A stretch of DNA of 64,000 nucleotides from a virus: positions 16,012 to 80,011 of the IMG/VR virus record IMGVR_UViG_3300023181_000028; one strand, given 5' to 3'. How positions within the stretch are numbered: position 1 is the stretch's first letter; every line of letters begins with the position of its first letter. Below are positions 39,095-46,872 of the stretch, piece by piece. Under the pieces are notes generated by a model. It was not told the origin of the DNA. It worked only from the letters and a program-made list of their open reading frames with translations, and did no database searches. The translations under genes and the position numbers were made by a program.

Positions 39095-40702
39095 TTAGTC
39101 AATTACTGTATCAGATCCAACAGACCAGAACTCAGTGATATTCGGAACCGCAGCAACACTATTTAAGTTAGTGTACTGGAAGAAAGGAATAAGCACAGTA
39201 CCAGCAGCAAACACTAAAGGCACAGTAGTTCCTACAGAGTAGATAGGGTAAGATACGTTGTTCACAAACGCTGTTACAGTACCATCAATGGCAACCTCTA
39301 CGCGGAAGTCATAAACAACCGTAGTGAGTAAGTTAACCGCAGAAGTAGTAGTTACAGAAGCGGCAGAAACCAATGAACCGTAAGTTGCAATCGCAGTTCC
39401 AGCAGCGCCAGTTCCAATAGTAGCAAGTTTACCGTATGTTCCAAAAGCTGCTTGGTGAGCCTCTTTACTTCTGAATCCAACCATGAACACAATGTTCGCA
39501 GGAGTTGTAAAAGATGCCTTAGCGTTAACCGTAGCAGGAGTTTTACCAACAATGAATTGCTGACTGTTATTCGTGCTTAAAGAAGGAGTATAAGCAGCAC
39601 CCTCAGTTGCAGTTGCATCTTGCTCAAACAAGAAACCTGTAGCGGAGTTAGCACCTGTAACGATAGTTTGAGTTCCAATGTTAAAGTGATTCAACATTCC
39701 ATAAGGAGTAAGGAACTTGTTAGCAACACCAGCAGTTGTAGCAGGAGCCGCGCCAAGTAAACCTTGCTCTACGAAATCTTGGTCAAACCATTGTTGAACT
39801 AAAGAAGCGTCCATGTAACAAGTTTGAACCATCAATTTACGAAGTTCACGCTCAGCAGTTAAGAAACCAGCTAAGTTAGTTGTAGATGATCCAGTACCAT
39901 TATCCACAGCGATTGCAGATTCACGAGGAACATATACATACTGACCTGATAGATTTGCACCAACGATCTCTTTTAAAGAGTTGATAACGAAAATATCATA
40001 ATTCTGACCAGCGGTAGCATAAGTCTTAGGATTAGTTGCAGTTCCAAAAGGAGCATCTAAATTACCTTGAATTAAGTTACCATACATATAGTCGATAACC
40101 GGAGCTTGTTGCGCCAATTTAGCACCTACACCACTTGAAGTCTGACCCGCAGTTGTTACAGTGAAATTACTTCTTGTGAAACCTGATTGATCTGGATTAG
40201 CCACAGTGATTACAGTACTAGCGAATTTCTCGTTAGTCATTGTCTGTGATTTCTCTGGATAGTAATCAGTGTTATCTGTTACTGTGAAACCATTACCACT
40301 TCCTAAAGAAACGGCAGTAACGCGATTCACACCACTCTCTAAGTTGATTTTAGCAACTAAACCAGCGTGGATAGCCTCACGTTGCTGAGCAACCGTACCG
40401 TAAATGTTTACGTTAGAATTGGTTTGAAATGTGTAACGTCTAAGGTTTTCCTGATAACCATCTCTAGTACGGTTAGGATCACCAATTGCTACTGTATAAT
40501 TTGTTAAACCGGTTGGCGTATAAGCCGTGTTACCTACTGTTACTACTTGAGCCACAGCGGCGCGATACTTGATTTGAACGATTCCGGTTACATTCTTTTT
40601 AAGAATTTCCTTCAAACCTGTGATGTTAATTTTTCCACCACTGCACTGCACATCCGCATTTGAGGATGTTTTCAACAGTACTGATTCTCTTACTGATTTC
40701 AT
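39095..40702 (-). CDS. auxiliary capsid-like protein with extra beta-sandwich domain
   Basis: Position after ring gene; own terminator; codon usage resembles the capsid gene. Confidence 0.5.
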   Translation of the reverse strand: MKSVRESVLLKTSSNADVQCSGGKINITGLKEILKKNVTGIVQIKYRAAVAQVVTVGNTAYTPTGLTNYTVAIGDPNRTRDGYQENLRRYTFQTNSNVNIYGTVAQQREAIHAGLVAKINLESGVNRVTAVSLGSGNGFTVTDNTDYYPEKSQTMTNEKFASTVITVANPDQSGFTRSNFTVTTAGQTSSGVGAKLAQQAPVIDYMYGNLIQGNLDAPFGTATNPKTYATAGQNYDIFVINSLKEIVGANLSGQYVYVPRESAIAVDNGTGSSTTNLAGFLTAERELRKLMVQTCYMDASLVQQWFDQDFVEQGLLGAAPATTAGVANKFLTPYGMLNHFNIGTQTIVTGANSATGFLFEQDATATEGAAYTPSLSTNNSQQFIVGKTPATVNAKASFTTPANIVFMVGFRSKEAHQAAFGTYGKLATIGTGAAGTAIATYGSLVSAASVTTTSAVNLLTTVVYDFRVEVAIDGTVTAFVNNVSYPIYSVGTTVPLVFAAGTVLIPFFQYTNLNSVAAVPNITEFWSVGSDTVID

Positions 40703-40808
40703 TTTTTAATTTAGTTTAAATTGTTTATATGCGTAAATGTCGGATTAATTCAAATACAAAACACATTTTAACAATTAAAATGAAACCTTTTTGGAATTAT
40801 AGAGCCAT

Positions 40809-41630
40809 TTAACTCCTCTCAACTTCTGAATCGACTGCCTGAGCCGCCGGATAATTACTTGTTACTAATAACATAATCCTAGAAGCTGCTTTACATATCT
40901 CATCGTGAACCTTCTCGGGTAAATCCACTGGCGATGTATTACTAGCCAAGATAACCTGACCAGAAGTTAAATCTGCCGTACCTGCCGTAAATTGATCCCC
41001 TATTTGATAAGTGTTAGTATTCTCTACACTTACTTCCACCGCAATATAATCATCCCCCGGAGTCAATACGCCCGTACCTTCGTCTATTAATTGATCTTCT
41101 GAGCCTACACTAAAGTCCACAGGAGTTCTTAGGTACGTTAGTTTGGCAGTTGTGAATGTTCCGCCAACACCCCTATGAATTGTAAGCCCTGTAGCATCTT
41201 CATTATAATACGTTTTAAGATTGGTTGGATGCTTAAAGCTATCTTTTAATAACGGCCCAAGTTCATTGAATGTAATGGGTCTACTGTAATCCCAGAACGC
41301 GTCTATAAGCGTGTCTAATTGAACAAAAGCATAATAATCAGGCGGAAAGTTAATATGGCTTGGAGTGGACGAATAATACCTATTAGCCCTAACTGTACCG
41401 TTAGTTATAGAGGGAGTTGCCACTGCTATCAAAGTGAATAGATCGTCGCGAATTTGTTGAATCCATTGGAAGTTCTCAGGATTACGCTGCTTCTCATCTC
41501 CGACCTTTTCATCTATATAATTATGTATAGCGTCATTCACAGCCTTATTGTAATCTGAGAAGAAGAAGCGGGCGTTACGTGACACATCTAAATAAAAATC
41601 TATTCTGGCAAGGGTCTGTAGTGCATTCAT
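40809..41630 (-). CDS. neck/tail ring protein
   Basis: DDL.TL, FP.DY, F.HP, LTYLR.P, DLPE.VH.EI. Confidence 0.7.
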   Translation of the reverse strand: MNALQTLARIDFYLDVSRNARFFFSDYNKAVNDAIHNYIDEKVGDEKQRNPENFQWIQQIRDDLFTLIAVATPSITNGTVRANRYYSSTPSHINFPPDYYAFVQLDTLIDAFWDYSRPITFNELGPLLKDSFKHPTNLKTYYNEDATGLTIHRGVGGTFTTAKLTYLRTPVDFSVGSEDQLIDEGTGVLTPGDDYIAVEVSVENTNTYQIGDQFTAGTADLTSGQVILASNTSPVDLPEKVHDEICKAASRIMLLVTSNYPAAQAVDSEVERS

Positions 41631-41646
41631 CTGTAAGTTGTTTCCA

Positions 41647-41654
41647 CAAATATA
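41647..41654 (-). promoter_or_regulatory. sigma-A-type -7 element TATATTTG
   Basis: Just downstream of terminator, ahead of 41630. Confidence 0.65.
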
Positions 41655-41660
41655 CTAAAT

Positions 41661-41792
41661 AAAAAAGCCGCCCATTAAAAGCGGCTCCAAATGATCTTTT
41701 GCCATTTAAACATTCCTTACACGTCTGCAAGGCGATAATCGTAATCCCGATTCTCTCTGATGCGCTGGTCAAGTGGAAGCGTAGAGTTGCTG
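41661..41792 (-). ncRNA. candidate small RNA A (promoter 41796-41803, terminator 41661-41686)
   Basis: ~130 nt between TATATTTA and GAGCCGC-loop-GCGGCTTTTTT; only a 12-codon ORF inside. Confidence 0.5.
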
Positions 41793-41809
41793 CGGTAAAT
41801 ATACTAAAT

Positions 41810-41955
41810 AAAAAAGCCTCCGGTTAAAGAGGCTTAGTAAAGTGTTCAGTCTTCACTTCGTAAACGTTTTATAGGTTTTATTTTAATCTCGGCGAACGTT
41901 AACCACTTTTAACCGAAAAGGATTGAGTTTTAAATCTATTACAAATATTGTAATG
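41810..41955 (-). ncRNA. candidate small RNA B (promoter 41959-41966, terminator 41810-41835)
   Basis: ~145 nt between TATATTTG and AAGCCTC-loop-GAGGCTTTTTT; no ATG ORF. Confidence 0.5.
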
Positions 41956-41991
41956 AAACAAATATAATTAAAATCCTTACAAATTCTGTAA
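41939..41991. repeat. paired TTACA-N5-TGTAA palindromes, 38 bp period (pair 3)
   Basis: Sites at 41939 and 41977 flank the -7 element at 41959-41966. Confidence 0.85.
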
Positions 41992-42411
41992 TACTTTCTC
42001 GTCAGATAGTTTCTTAAACTTAGCATACAGCACCTCTATATCAGACTTATTCTTCTCTCCCCTCTTGTATGCTAGAACGTTTTTCACATCCGAGATAGAA
42101 AGGCACGGTTTGTTTTCTAATACATATTGTTCAGCTAAGGGACGGGCGGAATAGAACTTCGGAATAGGATAATAAGTATTCGCTGTGGCTTGCGTAATTC
42201 TCCAATCTAATCCTACACACCACACTTCACTACCAGACTTAACCTCAACCCCATCAATAGATATAAATACCACCTCTATTTTAGGAATCTCCACCCAATC
42301 TGTGGCACCTTCAATAATAAGCTTAGGAATAGGATTTCCATTCACTTCGTAATTATTCTCGTCTATCTCCGTGGCTAATAAACTTAACTTCTTGTTTTCG
42401 TATTGTTTCAT
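41977..42411 (-). CDS. hypothetical phage protein
   Basis: F.SIDGVE...G, AEQYVLENKPCLSI.D motif. Confidence 0.75.
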   Translation of the reverse strand: MKQYENKKLSLLATEIDENNYEVNGNPIPKLIIEGATDWVEIPKIEVVFISIDGVEVKSGSEVWCVGLDWRITQATANTYYPIPKFYSARPLAEQYVLENKPCLSISDVKNVLAYKRGEKNKSDIEVLYAKFKKLSDEKVLQNL

Positions 42412-42413
42412 GG

Positions 42414-42845
42414 TTATTTTATAATTAATAATTCTGGATTTTGGTAAATATTACCAGCAACAAAATCAATAAGTCCGTAATCATAAAGATCGTATTTTTG
42501 TTCATCACCTATTTCAGTAACAACCCACTTGCCATCTTCATTGTCCCACGAAACAACACTTTTAATGGTATAATGAATAGCTTCCGGCCCGTAACCCTCT
42601 GAGTCACTGCCGCACAAAATATCCCCTTCATAAATTTGGACATCATCATTAATTTCCATTCCGGTGTATTGCATTAAAAACAATTCATCCCTATCTATTC
42701 CAATGTAACCAGTCTCTTTTGGCGGTATCATTTTACCATTAACATCTTCATAAATTATCACCCTTAACGGCGTTACGCCAACACCGTAATACATTTCTTT
42801 TTCGTCGGCATCCCACGCTCTGAATTTAATTTCTCTTGTTTTCAT
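42414..42845 (-). CDS. YopX-family protein
   Basis: REIKFRAWD, LMQYTG, IYEGDI, GNIYQNPELL. Confidence 0.88.
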   Translation of the reverse strand: MKTREIKFRAWDADEKEMYYGVGVTPLRVIIYEDVNGKMIPPKETGYIGIDRDELFLMQYTGMEINDDVQIYEGDILCGSDSEGYGPEAIHYTIKSVVSWDNEDGKWVVTEIGDEQKYDLYDYGLIDFVAGNIYQNPELLIIK

Positions 42846-42855
42846 ACCCTCTTAA

Positions 42856-42880
42856 ACGCAAACAATCTCACAAGGTTGCA
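42856..42880 (-). promoter_or_regulatory. ECF-type promoter of YopX island
   Basis: TGCAAC-N16-CGT, ATG 10 nt downstream. Confidence 0.7.
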
Positions 42881-42881
42881 T

Positions 42882-42910
42882 AAAAAAAGGGAAACTTTCA
42901 CCTCCCTCTT
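42882..42910 (-). terminator. intrinsic terminator
   Basis: AGGGAGG-TGAAAG-TTTCCCT followed by T-run on minus strand. Confidence 0.7.
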
Positions 42911-42929
42911 AAATAATCAAATATAAGTA

Positions 42930-44039
42930 TTATCCCTCAAATTCAGGATTCACTTCTCGCACCTTTTCTTTTAAGCGTTCTAAGTCCTTAATCATGTGTA
43001 TGCCCTTAATATTTAAACGCTTGCCCTCAGTCACCCAGATTAACCTCTCTTCCGCATCCTCAACTATATTAACAGCAGCAGCTTTCTTTAAAGCCTCTTC
43101 CTTAGCCATTAATTCAGCTTCTAAACGCGCAATCCTAGCATCCTTATCATCACCAACAAACGCAGTGTGCTTAACCGGAGTTCTTGTCATAGACTTATCA
43201 GTGTCAGCGTCAACCTTCTTAGTCAACAAATCAATAGTCTGACAAACCTGTGGATACTCTTTTAAATAATCCACTGCCATAACCTCATTTGCTCCCAAAG
43301 GCTGTCCATTGTAATTCCATCCATTAACAACATCCATAGCGATAACACCCGCAGCAACACCTCTTTTAAAGATAGTTAATTCCTTACGTGTTGGACTATC
43401 ATAAATAGCCATAAACGCTTTAGAATCATTCTCTGCCCTTTTAATCACCTCTGCTTGTAATGTTACATCTGAGTTAGCTTCCGGCGGAATACCCAAATTC
43501 CTAGCCATATCATGTAAAGCCTCTCCAAATAACGCCTCAGCAATATCAATAGCCTTACGTTTCTGAACCCTTCCAGATAAAAATACCTGAGCTTCTCTCT
43601 CTTCATCTTTCACCTTATACAAAGGTTTACCCCTCAAATTAGGACTTCCTTCCACGAACAAACTGTTTTTAATCACAGCCCATTTTCTTGCCTGATCTGC
43701 ATCTGCTAAATCAAACACTTCATTCTCATCTAGAATAATCTTTTGGAATTTAATTTTTTTAGTTTCAGGGTCTATTCCGATTGGAATCCCCCAAACAACT
43801 CCCATTTTCCTGTCAATAACAATCTCAAAGAACATTTTAGTTCTATGTCTGTCACCACTTCTCATTGGAGTTAATATGATCTTACCCGTCCTAGAGCAAA
43901 GATCTGGATTGTCTAAGTTTGCAATCCTTGTCTCATTACCTGCGCCATCTTTATATAGCTTGTAATGTACACCTTCTTGATACAGGTCATCCCCTGCCGC
44001 TGTTTTGTTACCTGATGTGAAAAAATTATTTATTTGCAT
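42930..44039 (-). CDS. conserved crAss-like protein downstream of major capsid gene
   Basis: Synteny; FDL.D..Q, Y...DEE.E, W.YNG..LG. Confidence 0.6.
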   Translation of the reverse strand: MQINNFFTSGNKTAAGDDLYQEGVHYKLYKDGAGNETRIANLDNPDLCSRTGKIILTPMRSGDRHRTKMFFEIVIDRKMGVVWGIPIGIDPETKKIKFQKIILDENEVFDLADADQARKWAVIKNSLFVEGSPNLRGKPLYKVKDEEREAQVFLSGRVQKRKAIDIAEALFGEALHDMARNLGIPPEANSDVTLQAEVIKRAENDSKAFMAIYDSPTRKELTIFKRGVAAGVIAMDVVNGWNYNGQPLGANEVMAVDYLKEYPQVCQTIDLLTKKVDADTDKSMTRTPVKHTAFVGDDKDARIARLEAELMAKEEALKKAAAVNIVEDAEERLIWVTEGKRLNIKGIHMIKDLERLKEKVREVNPEFEG

Positions 44040-44063
44040 CTCGCTAATTTTTTAATTATTAAT

Positions 44064-44093
44064 AAAAAAAGGGGGCAGGGTTAGCCACCCCCT
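44064..44093 (-). terminator. intrinsic terminator after major capsid gene
   Basis: AGGGGGTGG-loop-CTGCCCCCT followed by T-run on minus strand. Confidence 0.85.
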
Positions 44094-44102
44094 ATACTAT
44101 GA

Positions 44103-45596
44103 TTAAGATTTATAGATAATACCGCACTCTTGAGTGTTGTAAATAACCATTAAATCTTCTTTTAACATTGCGTATTTCATTACGTCTTCCTCTGAAATCA
44201 TTGTTTCATTGGCACCGGTCATACCGTTAAACTTAGCTGTTACACTTGCACGGTTTAATCCGTTTGCTTCTTTAGCAAGGATTTCCATGTTCATGTTAGA
44301 ACCAGAACCTAAATTCATAATGAATAAGGTAGAGCTTAACAATAGTTTTCCGTCAGCACCTCTCTCAGGGAACGCAGCTTCGTCATCAAACAACGGGTGT
44401 TTAACAAGGATCATTGTGTTACCATTGATGTTGAATTTACCGAAGTTGTATCCGGCATCCACGATTGCACCACCAGCTTGTCCATTTTGAGTTACATTAG
44501 TAACGATTTGGATGTTTTGATTACCAAGTAAGTTAATCAGTTTCTTTTGACCATTTGCATAGCCATCAGTACCGGTAATACCTACCCATGTGAATCCTGA
44601 CACCTTATCGCCTTTTTTCTCAAGTTGACCCATCATGTCAGCGATATCGTCTTCTGTCCACTCTCCGTTTAAGCCTGAACCGTATGCTACGTTACCGCCA
44701 GCAACTTGCTCTTCCCAGCCGTCACCTTGAACGATCTCAAGACCTGTTTCAGTATCAATTAAGTTTGAACTTGCACGGATAGTACCATCAGCATTTTTCA
44801 TACTTGATACACCAAACAACTTGTTACGCTCGTCTTCCATTACGAAAGTAGCTTGCGCTTGCGCTAATTCTTGATACATCCAACCTTTAGAGAAAGCTCC
44901 ACCTTCACCTTCGTAGTTATACCAAAGTACATTTGAAGCAGCTCCACCGGTGATACCAACAGTTTTACGTTGAATAGTCATGTGGTTAACAAACTTACTA
45001 GGCGCAGCCGAACGACCGTAACCACGAAGTGATTTCTCTCCATATGAAGTGTAAACTCCAAAGCAGGTTTTAGTTCCTTGTTGTGGCGCTACGTGAGTTG
45101 CATAGCTAAACAAATCACCAGATGGAGATTGGAAGCTATATAAGTAACCCGCAGAAGGGGAACCTGTAGGGAAAGCCATTACACGAGCGATAAAACGACC
45201 TGTGTAGAAAGCAACGTTCATTCCCGGTACTAAGTGCTTATCGCGCATTAACAACTGGAAAGAACCGTCAGGCTGAGTAGCACCAACTTGTTTAATGATC
45301 TCAGATGCTTTCTCAATACGACCCATAACGTCAAATTGATAAGCGTTTGCTCCGATACCTTTACCTTTAGTTGTTACTTGAGGAATTTTAGTACGCTCAG
45401 GGTTAACGATACCATAAGGTGTTACCGCGCCGGATACTAAGATTGTAGTTAAAGCTCTACGATTCGCATACTCTAACATGTTTCGGATTGCAGGCTTATT
45501 GGCCTGATTTTTCATAAGGTCATTGTTAGTAACACAAGTGTCTTCCGAAAATACACCTTGATTAATACTAATTCTACCTGCGTGTGATGATGGCAT
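44103..45596 (-). CDS. major capsid protein (crAss-type HK97 fold)
   Basis: 497 aa after portal and scaffold; N.MT.QRK, G.G..EQ, TG..G, G..F..F..NG, HPLFDD. Confidence 0.9.
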   Translation of the reverse strand: MPSSHAGRISINQGVFSEDTCVTNNDLMKNQANKPAIRNMLEYANRRALTTILVSGAVTPYGIVNPERTKIPQVTTKGKGIGANAYQFDVMGRIEKASEIIKQVGATQPDGSFQLLMRDKHLVPGMNVAFYTGRFIARVMAFPTGSPSAGYLYSFQSPSGDLFSYATHVAPQQGTKTCFGVYTSYGEKSLRGYGRSAAPSKFVNHMTIQRKTVGITGGAASNVLWYNYEGEGGAFSKGWMYQELAQAQATFVMEDERNKLFGVSSMKNADGTIRASSNLIDTETGLEIVQGDGWEEQVAGGNVAYGSGLNGEWTEDDIADMMGQLEKKGDKVSGFTWVGITGTDGYANGQKKLINLLGNQNIQIVTNVTQNGQAGGAIVDAGYNFGKFNINGNTMILVKHPLFDDEAAFPERGADGKLLLSSTLFIMNLGSGSNMNMEILAKEANGLNRASVTAKFNGMTGANETMISEEDVMKYAMLKEDLMVIYNTQECGIIYKS

Positions 45597-45621
45597 AATT
45601 TTTAGTTTTTAAGATTTTAGT

Positions 45622-46791
45622 TTAATTGCCAAATTCTTTGTCTAATGCTGTCCAATTATCAGTTTCTGTGTTTGTTGGTTGTTTTGATCCACCTCCTGCG
45701 GTTTTCACCGTAGGGATGTTTAAAAGTTTATTAGTGTGATCCGCTTTCGCTTTCTCAGAAACCTTGTTCTTGATATGCGCGACAGCTTTTGCCTCTAACT
45801 CCCTTTTCACTATATACTCCGCTCTACTGCTTGCACTCGACAATTCCTTATCATACACGCCATTGGTGTATTTAGTGATAAGTGCATCCATGACTTTTTT
45901 CGGTATCTTCACTCCCGCAATCTCTTGGATCTTACCAAGCTCATTGATAGTTTCGGTACGTTCTAATGCCTTTTTTTCATCGGCTGCCTTTTGTTTTTGT
46001 GCTGTGTATTTCTGGATTATATTAGTATGCTCTAAGGCCATAGCCTCTTTTTGATTATTTAGTTCAACGCGAATCTTAGCCGCGCTATGGTCAATCTTTC
46101 CGCTCTCAATAAGGTCTTCAATCTCCTTATCAATCATTTCATTAGTCCAATTAGGAATAGTGGCTAATTCAGCTCTCACTAACTCCACATCGTCTAATTT
46201 AAGATAACCTTCAATTTCTTTAGTGGGTTCTAATAGTAAATGATCTGGAACTCCAAGTTCTTTCATTTCTAAAGCAGCCGCCACTTTAGGATCAAGATTA
46301 GCGAAATAAGTTTCTTTGCTTACCTGCGCTTGCTTCTCAGCTTCTGCTTTAGTGATATAAACCTCTTTAAAGGCTTCCGCAGTGTCTTCCTTAATGTCCG
46401 CGCCTAATTTCTGAGCAATGGCTTTAAATGAGTTCTCTGGATATACAATGGGAGCATCTGACTCTTCATCTAATGTTAATTCATCAGCAGTAGCCGCCAA
46501 TTTAGCAGCCTCAATTTCTTCTTTTGTAGATGTTTCAGGTAAGTTTAAAGCCTTAGCTTCTTCTGCCAAAGCAGCTTTATTGGTTTCCTCTAATGCTAAA
46601 GCATCAGCAACGGCTTTTTCTGTTTCGGCTGTTTTCTCGGCAACCTGCTCAGGAGTTTCATCAACATCCTTAGTAATAACTTCTTCTTGTTTCTCTTCCT
46701 GTTTTGGTGTAGCATCCCCAAATTCTTGAGATGAGGTCAATGCGTCCCAATTAGCTTCAACCGTCTCGGTCGATTTATTTGTTTCTGACAT
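45622..46791 (-). CDS. capsid scaffolding-like protein
   Basis: Acidic helical protein between portal and capsid genes. Confidence 0.7.
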   Translation of the reverse strand: MSETNKSTETVEANWDALTSSQEFGDATPKQEEKQEEVITKDVDETPEQVAEKTAETEKAVADALALEETNKAALAEEAKALNLPETSTKEEIEAAKLAATADELTLDEESDAPIVYPENSFKAIAQKLGADIKEDTAEAFKEVYITKAEAEKQAQVSKETYFANLDPKVAAALEMKELGVPDHLLLEPTKEIEGYLKLDDVELVRAELATIPNWTNEMIDKEIEDLIESGKIDHSAAKIRVELNNQKEAMALEHTNIIQKYTAQKQKAADEKKALERTETINELGKIQEIAGVKIPKKVMDALITKYTNGVYDKELSSASSRAEYIVKRELEAKAVAHIKNKVSEKAKADHTNKLLNIPTVKTAGGGSKQPTNTETDNWTALDKEFGN

Positions 46792-46845
46792 GGTTAATAA
46801 TTTTAATAGTTATTGCGTAAATGTACAATTTTTTAACATTCAAAA

Positions 46846-46870
46846 TGCAACCTTATTAAAATTTCAACGT
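46846..46870 (+). promoter_or_regulatory. ECF-type promoter, antisense into portal 3' end
   Basis: TGCAAC-N16-CGT; no plus-strand gene downstream. Confidence 0.6.
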
Positions 46871-46872
46871 AG

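Noticed and set aside
40781-40805. ECF-type promoter at TGAAACCTT 40781
   Set aside because: -35 and context match, but no CGT/GGT at 16-17 nt; kept only as a degenerate candidate
41575-41772. 65-aa minus-strand ORF over candidate RNA A
   Set aside because: TTG start; crosses a strong terminator and a promoter and overlaps the ring gene out of frame
41897-41906. 9-nt complementarity (GTGGTTAAC) of RNA B to the capsid/capsid-fragment mRNA
   Set aside because: Too short and partly palindromic; expected by chance
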